This document shows, piece after piece, positions 12,510 to 25,500 of a stretch of DNA of 64,000 bases. The notes under the pieces are model-generated. The model had not been told where the DNA came from and made no database searches. It worked only from the letters and a program-made list of their open reading frames with translations. The stretch is from Eledone cirrhosa (taxonomy: Eukaryota): contig OZ024740.1 of the NCBI GenBank assembly GCA_964016885.1, positions 123,132,001-123,196,000 of the forward strand, in the 5' to 3' direction. Numbering within the stretch: position 1 is the stretch's first letter; every line of letters starts with the position of its first letter. A program made the translations under genes and the position numbers.

Positions 12510-12803
12510 GGAGAGTCATACTGCCAATAAAAATACATGCACCTGTTCGATTTCATTTCAATTTATTATAAACTCACAGTTGGTTTGTTTAATAACAGGA
12601 TGGTTATTTAGTTGTTGTTGATTGTCAAAGCTCTTTTATCACATATTCTGTGACCTCCTCAGTGACTAATTTTGTAGTTATTTTGTGTCTCTCCTTTGTT
12701 CTGGGCAAAAAGTCATGTTACTAAACTTACCGACTATGAGTTTATAATAAATTGAAGCGAAATCCAACAGGTGCAGTTGTTTTTATTGGCAGAATGTCCC
12801 TCC
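12510..12803. mobile_element. Fold-back MITE with imperfect terminal inverted repeats of about 90 bp
   Basis: ggagagtcatactgccaataaaaatacatgcacctgttcgatttc...tttattataaactc pairs with gagtttataataaa...gaaatccaacaggtgcagttgtttttattggcagaatgtccctcc. Confidence 0.75.
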
Positions 12804-12884
12804 TAAGTTATAACAACATCTGTTTCATCACACGTGGACAGATAAGAAATCTTGCACAAAAATACAAAAACGAAGTATGTATAT

Positions 12885-13230
12885 TATCATCATCATTATC
12901 GTTTAACGTACATTTTCCATTCTAGCATGTATTAGACGGGTTGTCCCATAAGAGTCAAGTTGAATCAGGTGACAATGTATTGCCCATATATAACTGTTTC
13001 TGGCTCAGTTTCTATGGCTGGCTGCCCTTTCTAAAGATAACCACACTTACAGTGTGTGCTAGATGTTTTTTGTAGTGACACCTACATGACCACTTTACAG
13101 TGTGGGCTTGGTGAATTTTGAAATGACACCTACATGACCACTTTACTGTGAGGGCTGGGTGCTTTTTGTTGTGACACCCACATGACCACTTTACAATGTG
13201 GGCTGGATACATTTTGCTTACAGTGTAAGT
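12885..13230 (-). repeat. RTE-tail-related element with an internal minisatellite of about 47-50 bp
   Basis: The unit gacacctacatgaccactttacagtgtgggct recurs 3-4 times at 13040-13225. Confidence 0.7.
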
Positions 13231-15307
13231 GTAGTGTGGACAGGAGTCCACATTCACTCATAAGTTATTTATGTTATAATATGGATAAATAACAGTTAAA
13301 CTAACTTTGTTACATTTCTTCAGGTAGTTCCATTTACTGCTAATTAGTCTTTATGAATATATATTCCCCCATATAAGAGATGGAACAGGAATAGAACCAC
13401 TTTTTAAATGATCATTATCTATGAAAAATGTCTAAATAGTATGTATATATCAAATATTATTTACTAATCAACAAGAACAACCTGCAAGGTCTGAAACTAA
13501 AGACACTGTCTTTCAAGAAGATATAGAAAATACATAAATTATCCAATTTTAAGCTCAGTATGAGTTAAATATGAGCAATTAACATGTGTTTGTTGTAAAC
13601 CATAATGTTTTCTGTCAGCTTTGAAAATTTGAAACTTTAATAAAGAAACTACTGAATTCAATTCTTAAACTAACTACTTATATATATATATAATAAAGAA
13701 AATACCCTGAACCTAAATAATCGTCTAATTGCTTATGATTATTTAAAAGTGTCACAATGTGATTCCTAAATTATTTTCAAAAGCATTTGTAGTATTTCTA
13801 TTGTATCAAGTAAAATTTCCTCAAATAAATGCTTGCTTACCACCAGAGTAAACTCAACATGATATGGTATTATATCCATATCTCTGTGCATCATTAAATC
13901 TTATAATTCTATTATTAGACCATTCCATAATAAAACATTATTTAATGTATCCAAGAACTCAGTGAAAACATTAATTACAAATCCTTTATTCTCTAAATAC
14001 TTGTGCTGAAGTTATTCAAACAAGACAAATTATCATGGAAAACTTAATAATTATAAATGTCTTCTTTTTTCTCTCCTATCAACTACCACCTTTATACATT
14101 TTATGAGTGTATATGTTTTTGTGAGTCTGTTTATGTGAGTATGTGTGCATGTGAGTTTGTGTGCATTTGGGAGTTTATGTGCATTTATGCATGTTTGTGA
14201 ATGCTTATGAGAATGAGTATGTGTGTATTTATGTGAATGTGTGTGCACTTATGTGAAGGCACATGTGTGTATGTGTATGCTTCTCTTATTCATGATGACC
14301 AACAAATTATTAATTATATTAGAAAAAAAGACACTAAGAGATAACCACCTCAATTGTTTCTCCTCTTCAATTAGACATATTTAGTAGAGCTACATTTTTA
14401 GTGGTATTTGGAGTTTCATCCCCAGAGCTAACGTTGGCAATTATATTGATATTCAGGAAGTCTAGTTTATCAAATAATATTTGTAATGCTAATTACAAAT
14501 ATCCCATTATAATTGTCTGTTTGTCGTGACCAATGATGAAGAGGGTGTTACTTATCAGCATGGTGGTTAGAGTGATTTTGTAATAGAGCTTCCAGAAGAT
14601 ATATATTTCACATGAAAGTTTATTGCACTCTCAGCTAATTTTTCAAAAGCATTTTGTTTATGGTTTACTATAAACAAAGGGTTTACTAACAAATCTTTCC
14701 ATACTTCTGAAATCCCTCATTCCTGTTCAATACAAAGCATTTCTAAGGAATAAATACAGACAAAAATCTTTTAGTATAGCATCAAAAATACATTAGACAA
14801 TTGTTGGGAAAAGAAATATATAAATAGACGAAGAAGTCTAAAAAGGATGTAGTTATTATAACACAGGCATGACTAAATGGTTAAGAAGATTGCTTCTCAA
14901 GCATGAGTTTCTAGGCTTGATTCCACTGCATGGCATCCTGGGTAATGTTTTTATTATAAGCTCAGGTTTTACCAAGACTTTTGAGTGAAATGAGATAAAC
15001 AGAAGATATGTGGTAGCCTGTCACATGGATTATACCTGTAACTGAAACGTCCAGCTTTGTTAATATTGTGTCAGGCAAATTTGGCCTCAGGATTTCTGCA
15101 ACCACATACATGTTAATTGATTAAACAATTGACTGCTTATGGTCAAAGTCAATCAAAGATCCATCAATTATTCATAATTTACCAATAGTAAAAACGAAAT
15201 TAAGGGAAGTTTAAAATGGAAAATTTGTCCCACTGAATTTTATACTAACTCACATGATTATCACTAACTATGTGTGTGTTCATTTTAACCCAAACATAAT
15301 AATAAAA

Positions 15308-15530
15308 GGCCTGTGGCTTAATGGTTAGAGGGTTGGATTCACAATTGTGAGGTTGTGAGTTTGACTCCTAAACCAGGTGATAAATAGGTCCTTGAGCAAG
15401 ACACTTTATTTTATGTTGCTCCTTCTGCCAGGAGTTGCAACCAGTAGAAAGTGTTAACAATGGAAGGATTAATGGAAACATTGTTTACTTGGTCTGATCT
15501 GATGAGTTCCACCCAACTCAGTAAGCAAAT
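15308..15530 (+). mobile_element. Diverged tRNA-headed SINE (family 2 head)
   Basis: A-box tggcttaatgg, B-box gagtttgactcc and the ccttgagcaagacactt block. Confidence 0.65.
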
Positions 15531-18500
15531 GAAATCTGCAATATTGTTGATTTGGATCATCAAGAGTGTTTTAGAAATGCTAAATAAGTAGAACAAGAAG
15601 ATATATAATGATAGACAAATGGTGAGAGAACTTTCATGAAAAACGTTTAGATAATCAGACAGACAGAAATTTTTAATATAGTCTAGAATATTCAAATCTG
15701 TTCGATATCTGCACTAGCAAAAAACAGTGACCATGTCCCTTTTCAGGAATTTCCAAGACTGGTGAGAAGAAAGGAAGAAGACCTGGCATAATGCTTGCAA
15801 CAGGGTTGGTTCTGCTAAAGATACCAAAGGATTAGTTGCTGGTGTTGAATTAGGCAATGGGTTAAGTCTAGATATGTAGGACAATATCGTGCAATGTGTT
15901 CCTCTCTTTTCAAGATGCTTGCGTGTAATTTAAAGAATGTTTGATGGCTATTTCAAACAGGTAAAGTATCAATTTAGAGGCTACCTTATTGATTTGTGAA
16001 TTATACGTTGCCATCAGAAAAGATTTTCATATATTGCACACATTCATAGAATAATATGTTTCACAGCACACAATTCATATGTGCACTTGTGTGGATGTAG
16101 TTTTGTGGTAATCTTTCTCTGACATGCATAATGTTGTGTCATTGCTTCTCTGAAATGTGTAGTGGCAGTATTTATTCCTGCTCTTTGTGTACTAAGTTCA
16201 AATCCTGCTGTGGTCAACATTGCTCTCCAGCATTTCAGTGTCATTATTATTCTAGGATGGTAGACTGGGGAATTTATTAGAGTAATAGATGCGAGACCAT
16301 TTAATGTCTATTTTTCCGCACTGGCATGGATAGGACTGGTTGTAACGTTATGAGAAAATATAGGTCAGGTGACCATGTCTTGCATATATGGATCGATATT
16401 TTAGCTTCGTTTCTCTGGACAGATGTCCTTCCTAATGCCAAACACATTACAGTGTTGACTTTGTACTTTTTATTGTGACACCAAAACGACCATCTATCAA
16501 GGTAGGCTCTGGGGCTTTGTTATTAAGGCATCAGATCCCCATATGTGATGAAGGATTTTCTTTGTTTGTTTTTTTGTTCATTTTCGTGTTTTTTTTTGGG
16601 GGGGGGGGGGGCGATTTGGCAGGTGAGGTATATCAAGAGAAAGCTGTGAGGCTTGGAGAGAGAAAGTATGCAGGTTCAATATGGGTGAAGATGTATTGGT
16701 TATTTAGCTGGTGAGAGGGCTAGAAGAGTTTAAGATTAAGGTGTGGTACTGTGGCCTACTAGCCTCCATAACATTGATTTGAGCCTTACCATGTACACAG
16801 CTGTAGTTAACTGGTATTTAACTTACAAAGGGTTGATGATACCTGATAGTATTAATTGTGTTATGTGTGTGTGTCCTATTGATTGACAATACATGGTTGA
16901 GAGTCAAATGGGTAAGGTTTTGAAGGTCTTTGAAATGATACATTCAATCATATATGTATATTATAGATTTTTAAGAAGTCATTATAGAATTATTTTTTTC
17001 TACATTGTAAAACTCCTTTTATCATGAGCAATGTGGGAGCCTCTACATGATTGCTTGGCCTGCTAGAAATAGCACCAGACTATCTTTAAACAAGAAATGG
17101 ACATATTAGATTATACCATAACATTGATAATCACAGTGGGAAGCTTTTAAACATAGATTTGCTCAAAAAGGGTTGATCCAAGTCAAACTGTAATAACAAT
17201 AACAGAAACAGCAGCTATTGTCTAATAAAATATCCTTTACATAGCTGCTCTATTTACTAAAAATAGCAGCCGGATTTCCTTCAAATCACACTCATTAATG
17301 AAAAAGAAGACACATTAGTCATTATAGTCCGGGACTTCCCTAAAAGATTGAATGGTCATAGCTTGAATGCCTTTGGTTCTATGTCTGCTGGAACAGAATG
17401 ACCTGGGATTAAATGGCAACAACAACCTTTTTATTTAATTTTAGATGATTAATCTATAGGAATTATGGATTAAATGTTTTATGAAATTCACAAGTTATAT
17501 TTTCAAAAAATCTCAATGAGACTTTTTTTTTTAGATTTTAATTCACTTAATGAGATTAATACTTCTCCAATCAGGATTTAAGTCATACTTAAATGCGATC
17601 AGTGAGATACAAGAAAAACAAATTTAATGTACTAACATTAATATTATATTTTTATTTTAATGTCATCTCCTCTGTGATTTGAGATCAGCTCTTACCGCTT
17701 CAACTCAAATCTTCATATCTTCCTTCCACTGGAATCGCTTAGAACTTCCTCATTCACCAAACATCCATACACATCATGTGTCCATGCCAGTGTAATCTTC
17801 TCTCCTACACATAACATTTGATTCCTATTATGCCAAGTGTTTTTCCCTCAACTACTATGCGTTTCATCTTTCAAATACACTAATATTGCAAATTATTCTG
17901 AACATACTTAAGTTCTGTTTAGTCCTTGCATATCTTCTGCATTTTCTTTGACTGAAAGGAATACATCTAGCTATTAAATTAATATTGTTAATACATTAAT
18001 GCTAATGTTCATCACATTTGTTTGAAATGTTTAAGACTATATCAACATGGAAAATGCTAAAGTCTACATTAATTCAAAGAGACATGATGGTCTCGCTACA
18101 TATTTGCTTTTTAATAAATTAAGTTAAGAAATGGAAAGCAATATTAATCTTAACTGGATTTAAAATCAAAATCAAAATCATCAATTGATGAATCATATCC
18201 CCATCATTAAACATCATCATCATCAATTTATAAAGCATATCACCACAACCACCACCCTTATTTTCATCCACTTTCAAATGGGTTGGATGGGTATCAATTC
18301 TTAATTGGAGCTTCTATCCTCTTACCAATGGGTTAAGGAGTGGAGAGCATATTTCATTTAGATATTTTTTGGATTTGACCTAGTTTCTGCAACTTATTGC
18401 CCTTCCAATCACCAACCACTTTACAGAGTGTACTGGATTCATTTTGTTGGGGCACAAACACTAATGCGTTTGTTATACTTTTTATATGATTTAAAAAACA

Positions 18501-18659
18501 TTTCAACTCTTTTTATCATATTTTTCATAATAATAATAATTAGAATAGTTTAGTTGAAATTCTTCATCATATTTCTTATTCAGTCTCCTTCATTTCTGTT
18601 TAATTTTTCAAATGTTATATACAAGTAGAGTTTCTGCATCTATGTTTCATCCCCTTATA

Positions 18660-19036
18660 TTTTGAGTCCAAATCCAGCCAATGTTAGCTTTGCCTTTCAT
18701 CCTTACAGGGCCGATAAAATACCATTAATGCACTGAAATCGGTTCAATTGGCTTTCCACTCACCCAATTGAAATAAAATAATGTACCAGTAATGCACTGG
18801 GTGATTGATAGCCTTGTGCCAAAAGTAGAAACAATTATTTTAAGGGTGGTGGATTGGCAGTATCGGTAGAGGATCGGATGCCATGCTTTGACACATAGAG
18901 TTATGGCCCTTGCCATTCTGAGTTCAAATCCCGCCGAGGTTAACTTTGCCTTTCATCCTTACGAGGTCAATAAAATAAAGTACCAGTCATGCACTGGGAT
19001 AATTGCTGGCCTTGTGCCAAATGTAGAAACAATTAT
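18660..19036 (+). mobile_element. Tandem cluster of SINE family 1 copies, including a full-length copy at about 18844-19036
   Basis: A-box tggcagtatcgg, B-box gagttcaaatcc, conserved core, and two agaaacaattatt ends at about 18839 and 19036. Confidence 0.85.
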
Positions 19037-21211
19037 TTAGATTAAAATAAAATAAGGAATCTGAGCCTTGGTAAATGACATAAGGACAATGTATGAATAG
19101 CATAATTTCCATTTTGGTTCACTGCAATCTGAGTTCAAATTCTACTGAGATCCACTTCACATTTTATCTTTGGGGATTTGATACAGTAAATTACCAGACT
19201 AGTGAGTCTTTTGTTCTGGATCTGTATTTTTTTGCCACCTGAGTTCAAATGAAATTGTGGAACACATACATAGTAGACCTAATCTTTTTGCCAGTTTAAC
19301 ACCACCATATAGCATTTAGGTACTTTTAGTGAAGTGCACTTTGTTGCAAGCAGATCTGATTTGAAATTCCTTTCTCTTTTCCCCACAGCAGACTCACTGG
19401 TCATGAAAATCATCATGGGTACTGCACCTCTCTCCCTGACTAAACAGGAAAAATTCCCCATCTTTTAATTCCAGAACACATTCAACTACTATGGGGTGAG
19501 GGGATAACACAGTAAAGATGATGATAGGAGGAGAGATGAATGTATGTGGTGTGAGATCAGTTGGACTTGGTATACAACATGCCTATTCAAAGTAACAAAG
19601 GCCACTATAGTGGTAATAGGAAAGAGAAATTGCGAGAAGAATTTGTTTAGAAGTATTCAGAATGTAATATCCATTTTCTATTTCCTCAAGTTAAGAAGAG
19701 GAATATTTACAAGTGTCTTATAACCAGACAATATAATTGTTATACGAACTATACTGAGAGAGTGTTCATTCATATGATAGCAACTATATGTAAAGCTTTG
19801 GAATCATTTATTCCAAGTAATCATGAATTAAATAACTAAGCATGATTTAATGATGCATGCAGAAGGATTATCAGAAGGAAACACAACCTCTCTCATCAAA
19901 TAAAAGAGAATAATACTCAAGAAAAAAGATGGACACTTTATAAAAGCAACGCACATCTAAAATGAGGTAGAGCATGTGGCAAGAAGAAATTACAATGCCA
20001 GGGTGAAACAATACTTAATAAACTACAACCTTAAGAGAGAAAATGACAAATTTTGTATTTTCTCCATCCCTGATAGACCGAGTCATATTCATATTTCCAA
20101 CATAAAATAACACAACTGCACCCATAATGAAAGACTCTTCTAAGATGTTTGCAAACAAGTATCCAGTACCAAACTCTGATGAATAAAAGTCACTTATCAA
20201 TCCATATTCTGATACAAAGCTACAGGGAGCAGTCTTCAATGCAAATGAAATCCTTTATATAATGCACACTTTCATCCCCCATAACAATATTCACCTAGAT
20301 TGAATTCCTACCAAAGTCATGAAGAAATGTTGTGTGGAACAGGCTAACTCTCTCAGTCACCTATTTCGCCTGATGATATTATTCTGGTTTATATCTAAAC
20401 CAGTGGAAGTCTGTTATTTCTGTTCATAAGAGAAACTTTAAATCCAACTTATTTCATTGCTCACTATAACAATTGCTCTATGTAATCCACATACAACTTC
20501 AAAGCTATCCTTGTAAACAACCAACTCATTTCTAACAAATAATTTTGGCTTCTGATTAAACCATAGCACAATAAATTTGCAGTAGCCCAGGAACAATGTC
20601 ACAGATTTGTGCATCTCAAACATTTCTGACAGAGTTTGGTATAGCAAGCTCTATTCCAAGCTCAAATTCAAGAAAATATACATTGAACTGCTAAGGTGGT
20701 TTCAAAAATACATTAATGTGAGAGCCATCACAGCCACCCATTGTACTTAAGAAATTGCAGTCCTCCTACAAAAAAAATAGCTAAAGATTCTGGACATAAG
20801 TATTGATTGGTGAATGTAGGATATATCTTTACTATATATAGTAGAGCTCCAAAGAGGCTTGTGACACTGCATGAAATGTAGCAAATGTAGCAAAGAGGAA
20901 ATAGCCACTGTTTACAATGCTCAAATTAAAATTATTATGGAGCATACCTATTCATGTTAGATAAATACCTCCCAGTGCATACTCAACCATCACACTGCAG
21001 TCCAAAAGAAAGTGTCTGTGATTATTAAAGTTGATGGTGATGGTGCTGCAAAAGTCTCACTATCAACAGAAGACAGGTTGATGCAGCAAGTCTTCTGAAT
21101 AAAATGCACAGAAGCCATAGATGAAACAGATCAAGCAGTGAGACCAAACCTGGAACAACATGGTTGCAAAGCAAACTACTTAATTACATGAATATATTAG
21201 AGCTATATTAA

Positions 21212-21430
21212 AGGTGGTGGATTAGCAGTCTTTCTAGAGCATTAGACATGCTTTGTGGCATAGATATAATACTCTTTATGTTGTGAGTTCAAATACTTCC
21301 AAGGTTAGCTTTGTCTTTCATCATTATGAGGTCGATAAAATAAAGTACCAGTAATACTCGAGGATCAATTTAATCGATTTCCCCGTCCCATACAATTGTT
21401 GACCTTATACCTAAATCAGAAACCATATTA
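21212..21430 (+). mobile_element. Older relative of SINE family 1
   Basis: ggtggtggattagcag...gagttcaaat...ctttcatcattatgaggtcgataaaataaagtaccag. Confidence 0.7.
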
Positions 21431-21907
21431 TATTAGTATCGTAATATTCCATCCAGATAAATGAACTTATTAAAATTTATGTAACTAATAATTTGTTTTG
21501 TGTAAACTAAAAATGGATATTCCCAAGCAGAAATATTACAATATGCTGTAATTTGCAAGTTATTTTGGAGAAAGAAAAGACAACTCTATTTTTGAACTAT
21601 GTATAATCAAGTGTAATTAGATGACAATCAGGGTAAAGAAATGTCAATAAATTCCTTTCACAAGACATGGATTTGGCACCATTAAATATCATATTTAAAA
21701 CATAACAAAACATTAAACTTATTTAAAACTTATTTAAAATACTCTTGCTTCTCATTGGAGAAGACTAAACAATAAAATAGATTAATTCTGTGAAACAAAC
21801 CAAAATAACAATTTTTGAGAACTGTTAAAATATTAAATGTTAATCTCAATCATTTTATGTAAACTTCCAGACAATCATTCATCTAATCAATATCTGTAAG
21901 TGATTAA

Positions 21908-22374
21908 CCCTTTCGTTATCATATTTCCTATGAAAAACACTGCCAATGACTTTCAAAGAATTTTGAAAATAATCAAGAAATTGGACAGATTTAGTACTTA
22001 TAGATCATATCTGTATTTTAATCCTATGAACGCAATATTCTGGTTCCTGCAGCTATTATTTTGTATTTCACATCATTTTTCTTTTATGTTTGCACTATAG
22101 CCTATTGTTCTTTTGTTTATCATATTGTGTGATGAGCTATTAAAATACTTTTGATTGCTTAAAGCACTGTACAAATTTAGTATATTTTAGTTTTTTTAAC
22201 ACTTTGAAATATTTCTAAGAAACAAAACTAAAGCTCTTGGTGCAAATCTGATATCCCCGTAAAAAAAAAAGATTATGTTAGAATGATTATGAATAAGTAC
22301 ATACATTTATAACAAACATCTTTTTTTTTTTCATAGAACTAGTGTCAATTTTAAGTGGTTTTGTATCAAAAGGG
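21908..22374. mobile_element. piggyBac-type MITE (second copy at 54535-54783)
   Basis: TTAA-CCCTTTCGTTATC ... GTATCAAAAGGG-TAAA; the left part matches sequence starting at 54535. Confidence 0.6.
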
Positions 22375-23317
22375 TAAAGAGTCAGTTACTTCGCTCCAAT
22401 TTTATAGAATTCAGTGAATGAGAAATAAATTTCTTTCTGAATAGGTTTCCAATCTATCATTGACATCATATGTGATAGCAACAGGAATACAGGGTATTTA
22501 TCAGATATGCGATATATTGCTTAAATTATATTTTAACTCAATAAATTTGATCTATTAATCCAACAAATTGTCAGCTCTGTCATTGTTGTAAGGAATCATA
22601 TAATTGAATATATTCTGCAGGACTTATATAGGATAGGAAAAAATAATGAAAGAAAATTGAATTGTGGAATGGTTTTTATTTAGCATTATAACAATCTCTT
22701 AACATGTATATTTTGAAAGTATTAAATCTATTTTAGAAATTATTCAGAGAAAAAGTATAAAGCAGCATACATTTCTATTAGAAGATAAATTTGAGGTCCA
22801 ATGACAGACAAATATGCATTTGGGATGCAAAATTTTAAAAGAAAATAATACAAAATTCCATCCACTTTATGATATTACTCAAAAATAGATATAGTATTGG
22901 CAATGAAGCAGCCATAATTAATTATCTATATTGAGCTGAAAGACAACAGGCAATACAAAACATGATTTCATCAAAAGATTATCCTTTACATATTACATTT
23001 TAAATAAAATAAATTATAATAGAATAAAAAACTGAAAAAAATGTACTAAAAATACGTTTAGATGATTAGAGATATATGAGAACCCACATTCTAGTTTGCA
23101 ATAGAAATTAAATTTATTTCTGGCAAATTAAATTTGATAAGATGCCCTAAAAACAGTTGCATCTAGATTTTGAGTTTGATTTTTACATGTATCATCTCTT
23201 GTTGAATTAGTTACAATGTTTCAATATATACATTCATAGTCGTGCAAATGCATACATACTTGTGAAGGTGTCTGATACTCTAATCCATCATAACTTTACA
23301 TATACTTTCTGTTCTTT

Positions 23318-23524
23318 ATTATTAGATTGATATGGCAGTAGATTGGCAGTATCGGTAGATGCTTTGACGCATGGAGTTATGGCCCTTGCCATTATGAGTT
23401 CAAATCTCGCCGAGGTTAACTTTGCCTTTCATCCTTACGGGGTCGATAAAATAAAGTACCAGTAATGTACTGGGTAATTTGCTGGCCTTGTGCCAAAAGT
23501 AGAAACAATTATTAGATTGATATG
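23318..23524 (+). mobile_element. SINE family 1 copy with a perfect 17-bp TSD
   Basis: attattagattgatatg at 23318-23334 and again at 23508-23524. Confidence 0.9.
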
Positions 23525-25083
23525 TTAGCATCTGTGTGAACATAAATATGAGAATGAATCTGTGATCTTTCATACCTGGTATAACATTCTGACACAACCA
23601 TTGAAATCCTAGATATTATTTGGCAGAAAATAATGTGCATAATCAATAAACTTTCAGTTGATATATACACAATGAGTGCAACATTTAAGTTTAAATATTT
23701 TAAGCATTTTTGTCCAATTTTACTTGCCTACAGGAGTAAGTTATCCAACTTATTCAACTCTTATTCATAATTATCAATTATTGTTCATAGTTATCTGCAT
23801 TGTGGAGGCTTCCTCCTATAACTAACATATTTTCAAATTATATTTTAAGTATATTTTATGTGAATATTATAAAATAAGCAGATAAGGACATTATTTACGT
23901 TTACATCCGAAGTTAATATAAGGCTGAGGTTTGTTCAATTGTTTAAATGAAATGAACGTCACAACAGCAAAGTACTAGTGCCTTCAAAATAATCCTTTTG
24001 AGTCAAGTACCATAACTCATCTTAAGCAGTTTGAAGAAATAAAAAAAAAATCTTTATAAAAGTTACTCAACTTATAAACTTTGATTGGAAGGAGATGAAA
24101 TTCATGTTGTCAAAGAATTAAAAGGCTACTTGGGAAGATCAGTTGGGATGTGCTAGCATCTTAATCATTTCACTTATTACATGGGTTCCTCATAAAGGTT
24201 CTTGTTGAAATTTTACTTAGTATTTGCAATGCAAATAAGTTAATTTAAATTTACTAAAGCAAACTTCTATAATGCAGTTCTTAATTTATGTTATAGTGTA
24301 GAATACATAAAATTGATTTATAACCTCAGGAAAATAAAGGAAGAAGGAAGAAATAGCTAACAAACCTCAGGCATGGTATCCATCCAAAATAGAAACCTAC
24401 AATAGTTGTGATATGTTATCTTGAATATTCAGTTTAAAATGCAAGTGTGTTAGAATTAGTAGGATAATAGGAAAATTCAGTGCAAGAAGCTTTTAAATCA
24501 TCAAAATTCTGTCAATGGCTGTGGTGGGTAAAATTTACTTCAAAGGATAGATATCAGAGGCTAGATGTTTGTGGGCTCGGACAAGTGATAGGAAGAAAGG
24601 AGTAAAGGAATAAAATGGACAAGAGATCACTGAAACATTTAAATATGCTCTTCCTTTTCTCTTACTACTTCTTTTATTTCCTTCTGCTATCTCCTACCTG
24701 CCACCCTACAAGTAGGAGAAGACAGAAGGAAAGAAAACAGAGCTATTGTTTGTGTCTTTCTTATGATGACCTGAAACTAAGTGGATACACTATTGTTCTC
24801 TCTTTGACCTGTCTGTCTGTCTATCTAATCTGAAATATACCCTAATTTATTCATTCCTAACACAAGCATTATACTAACCGAGATATTTATTCATCCATTG
24901 TTATTAGCCATTTATCTTATGTGGTACTTGTAGTTAATTTATTGAAACCATGGGCAGTCTAAAAGCTGGTGAGTGTGCTCAAATGTTTTTGTGATCTCCT
25001 CTCATTCATTTTACCCAGTGCCACAATTGATCGTAATTTGCTTTTTTAAAAGCTTCCTTGAGCTGAATTTTCTCATTATTCTA

Positions 25084-25119
<36 letters not shown>

Positions 25120-25122
<3 letters not shown>

Positions 25123-25302
25123 TCATCATCATCATCATCATCTTCGTTTAACGTCCATCTTCCATGCTAGCATGGGTCAGACGGGAGTTGTCCCACTTGA
25201 GGCAAGGTTGGTTGGGTGACCGTGTCTCGCTCATATAGGACTATCTGGCAGGTTTTCTACGGCTGGATGCCCTTCCTTATACCAACCACATTTACAGTGA
25301 GG
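25120..25302 (-). mobile_element. RTE 3'-end fragment inserted in (TA)n
   Basis: (TA)n, then (CAT)n, then the reverse complement of the RTE 3' UTR, then (TA)n. Confidence 0.8.
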
Positions 25303-25320
25303 AACACTATATATATATAT

Positions 25321-25461
25321 ATAACGGAGGAGTTGTGGTAAGGAACCAGATGGACCATAACGCACCAGACTACTCAATACTTAGGGTAGTAGAGTATATG
25401 AGAAAGCATGACCCCGACTGCAGAGCTCAAGCCATTTCGACGGCTATTTCAGTCAATTCTT

Positions 25462-25465
<4 letters not shown>
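25321..25465 (-). mobile_element. Family Y short repeat between (TA)n tracts
   Basis: Matches 58061-58160 directly and 58230-58370 as reverse complement. Confidence 0.75.

Positions 25466-25497
<32 letters not shown>

Positions 25498-25500
<3 letters not shown>

Larger units (their letters stand above)
13400..20647 (-). pseudogene. Probable decayed integrin-alpha-like pseudogene interrupted by SINEs
   Basis: Manual translation gives collinear degenerate motifs: LACSTQHF and LGEYCY (20281-20346); APC..FGTG..IMGA (20015-20239); GD-LNK (about 18580); LPFFSPVL..NFCLSD (15650-15830); NINIIANVSSGDETPNTTKNVALLNM (about 14375-14455); QHKYLENKG and TISC*VYSGGKQAFI (13820-14010). Many stops. Confidence 0.4.

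Noticed and set aside
13040-13230. Regularly spaced repeats that superficially resemble a CRISPR array (also 33040-33170)
   Set aside because: The units are degenerate tandem copies without unique spacers, lie inside an RTE-tail element, and have no cas genes nearby; the context is eukaryotic.
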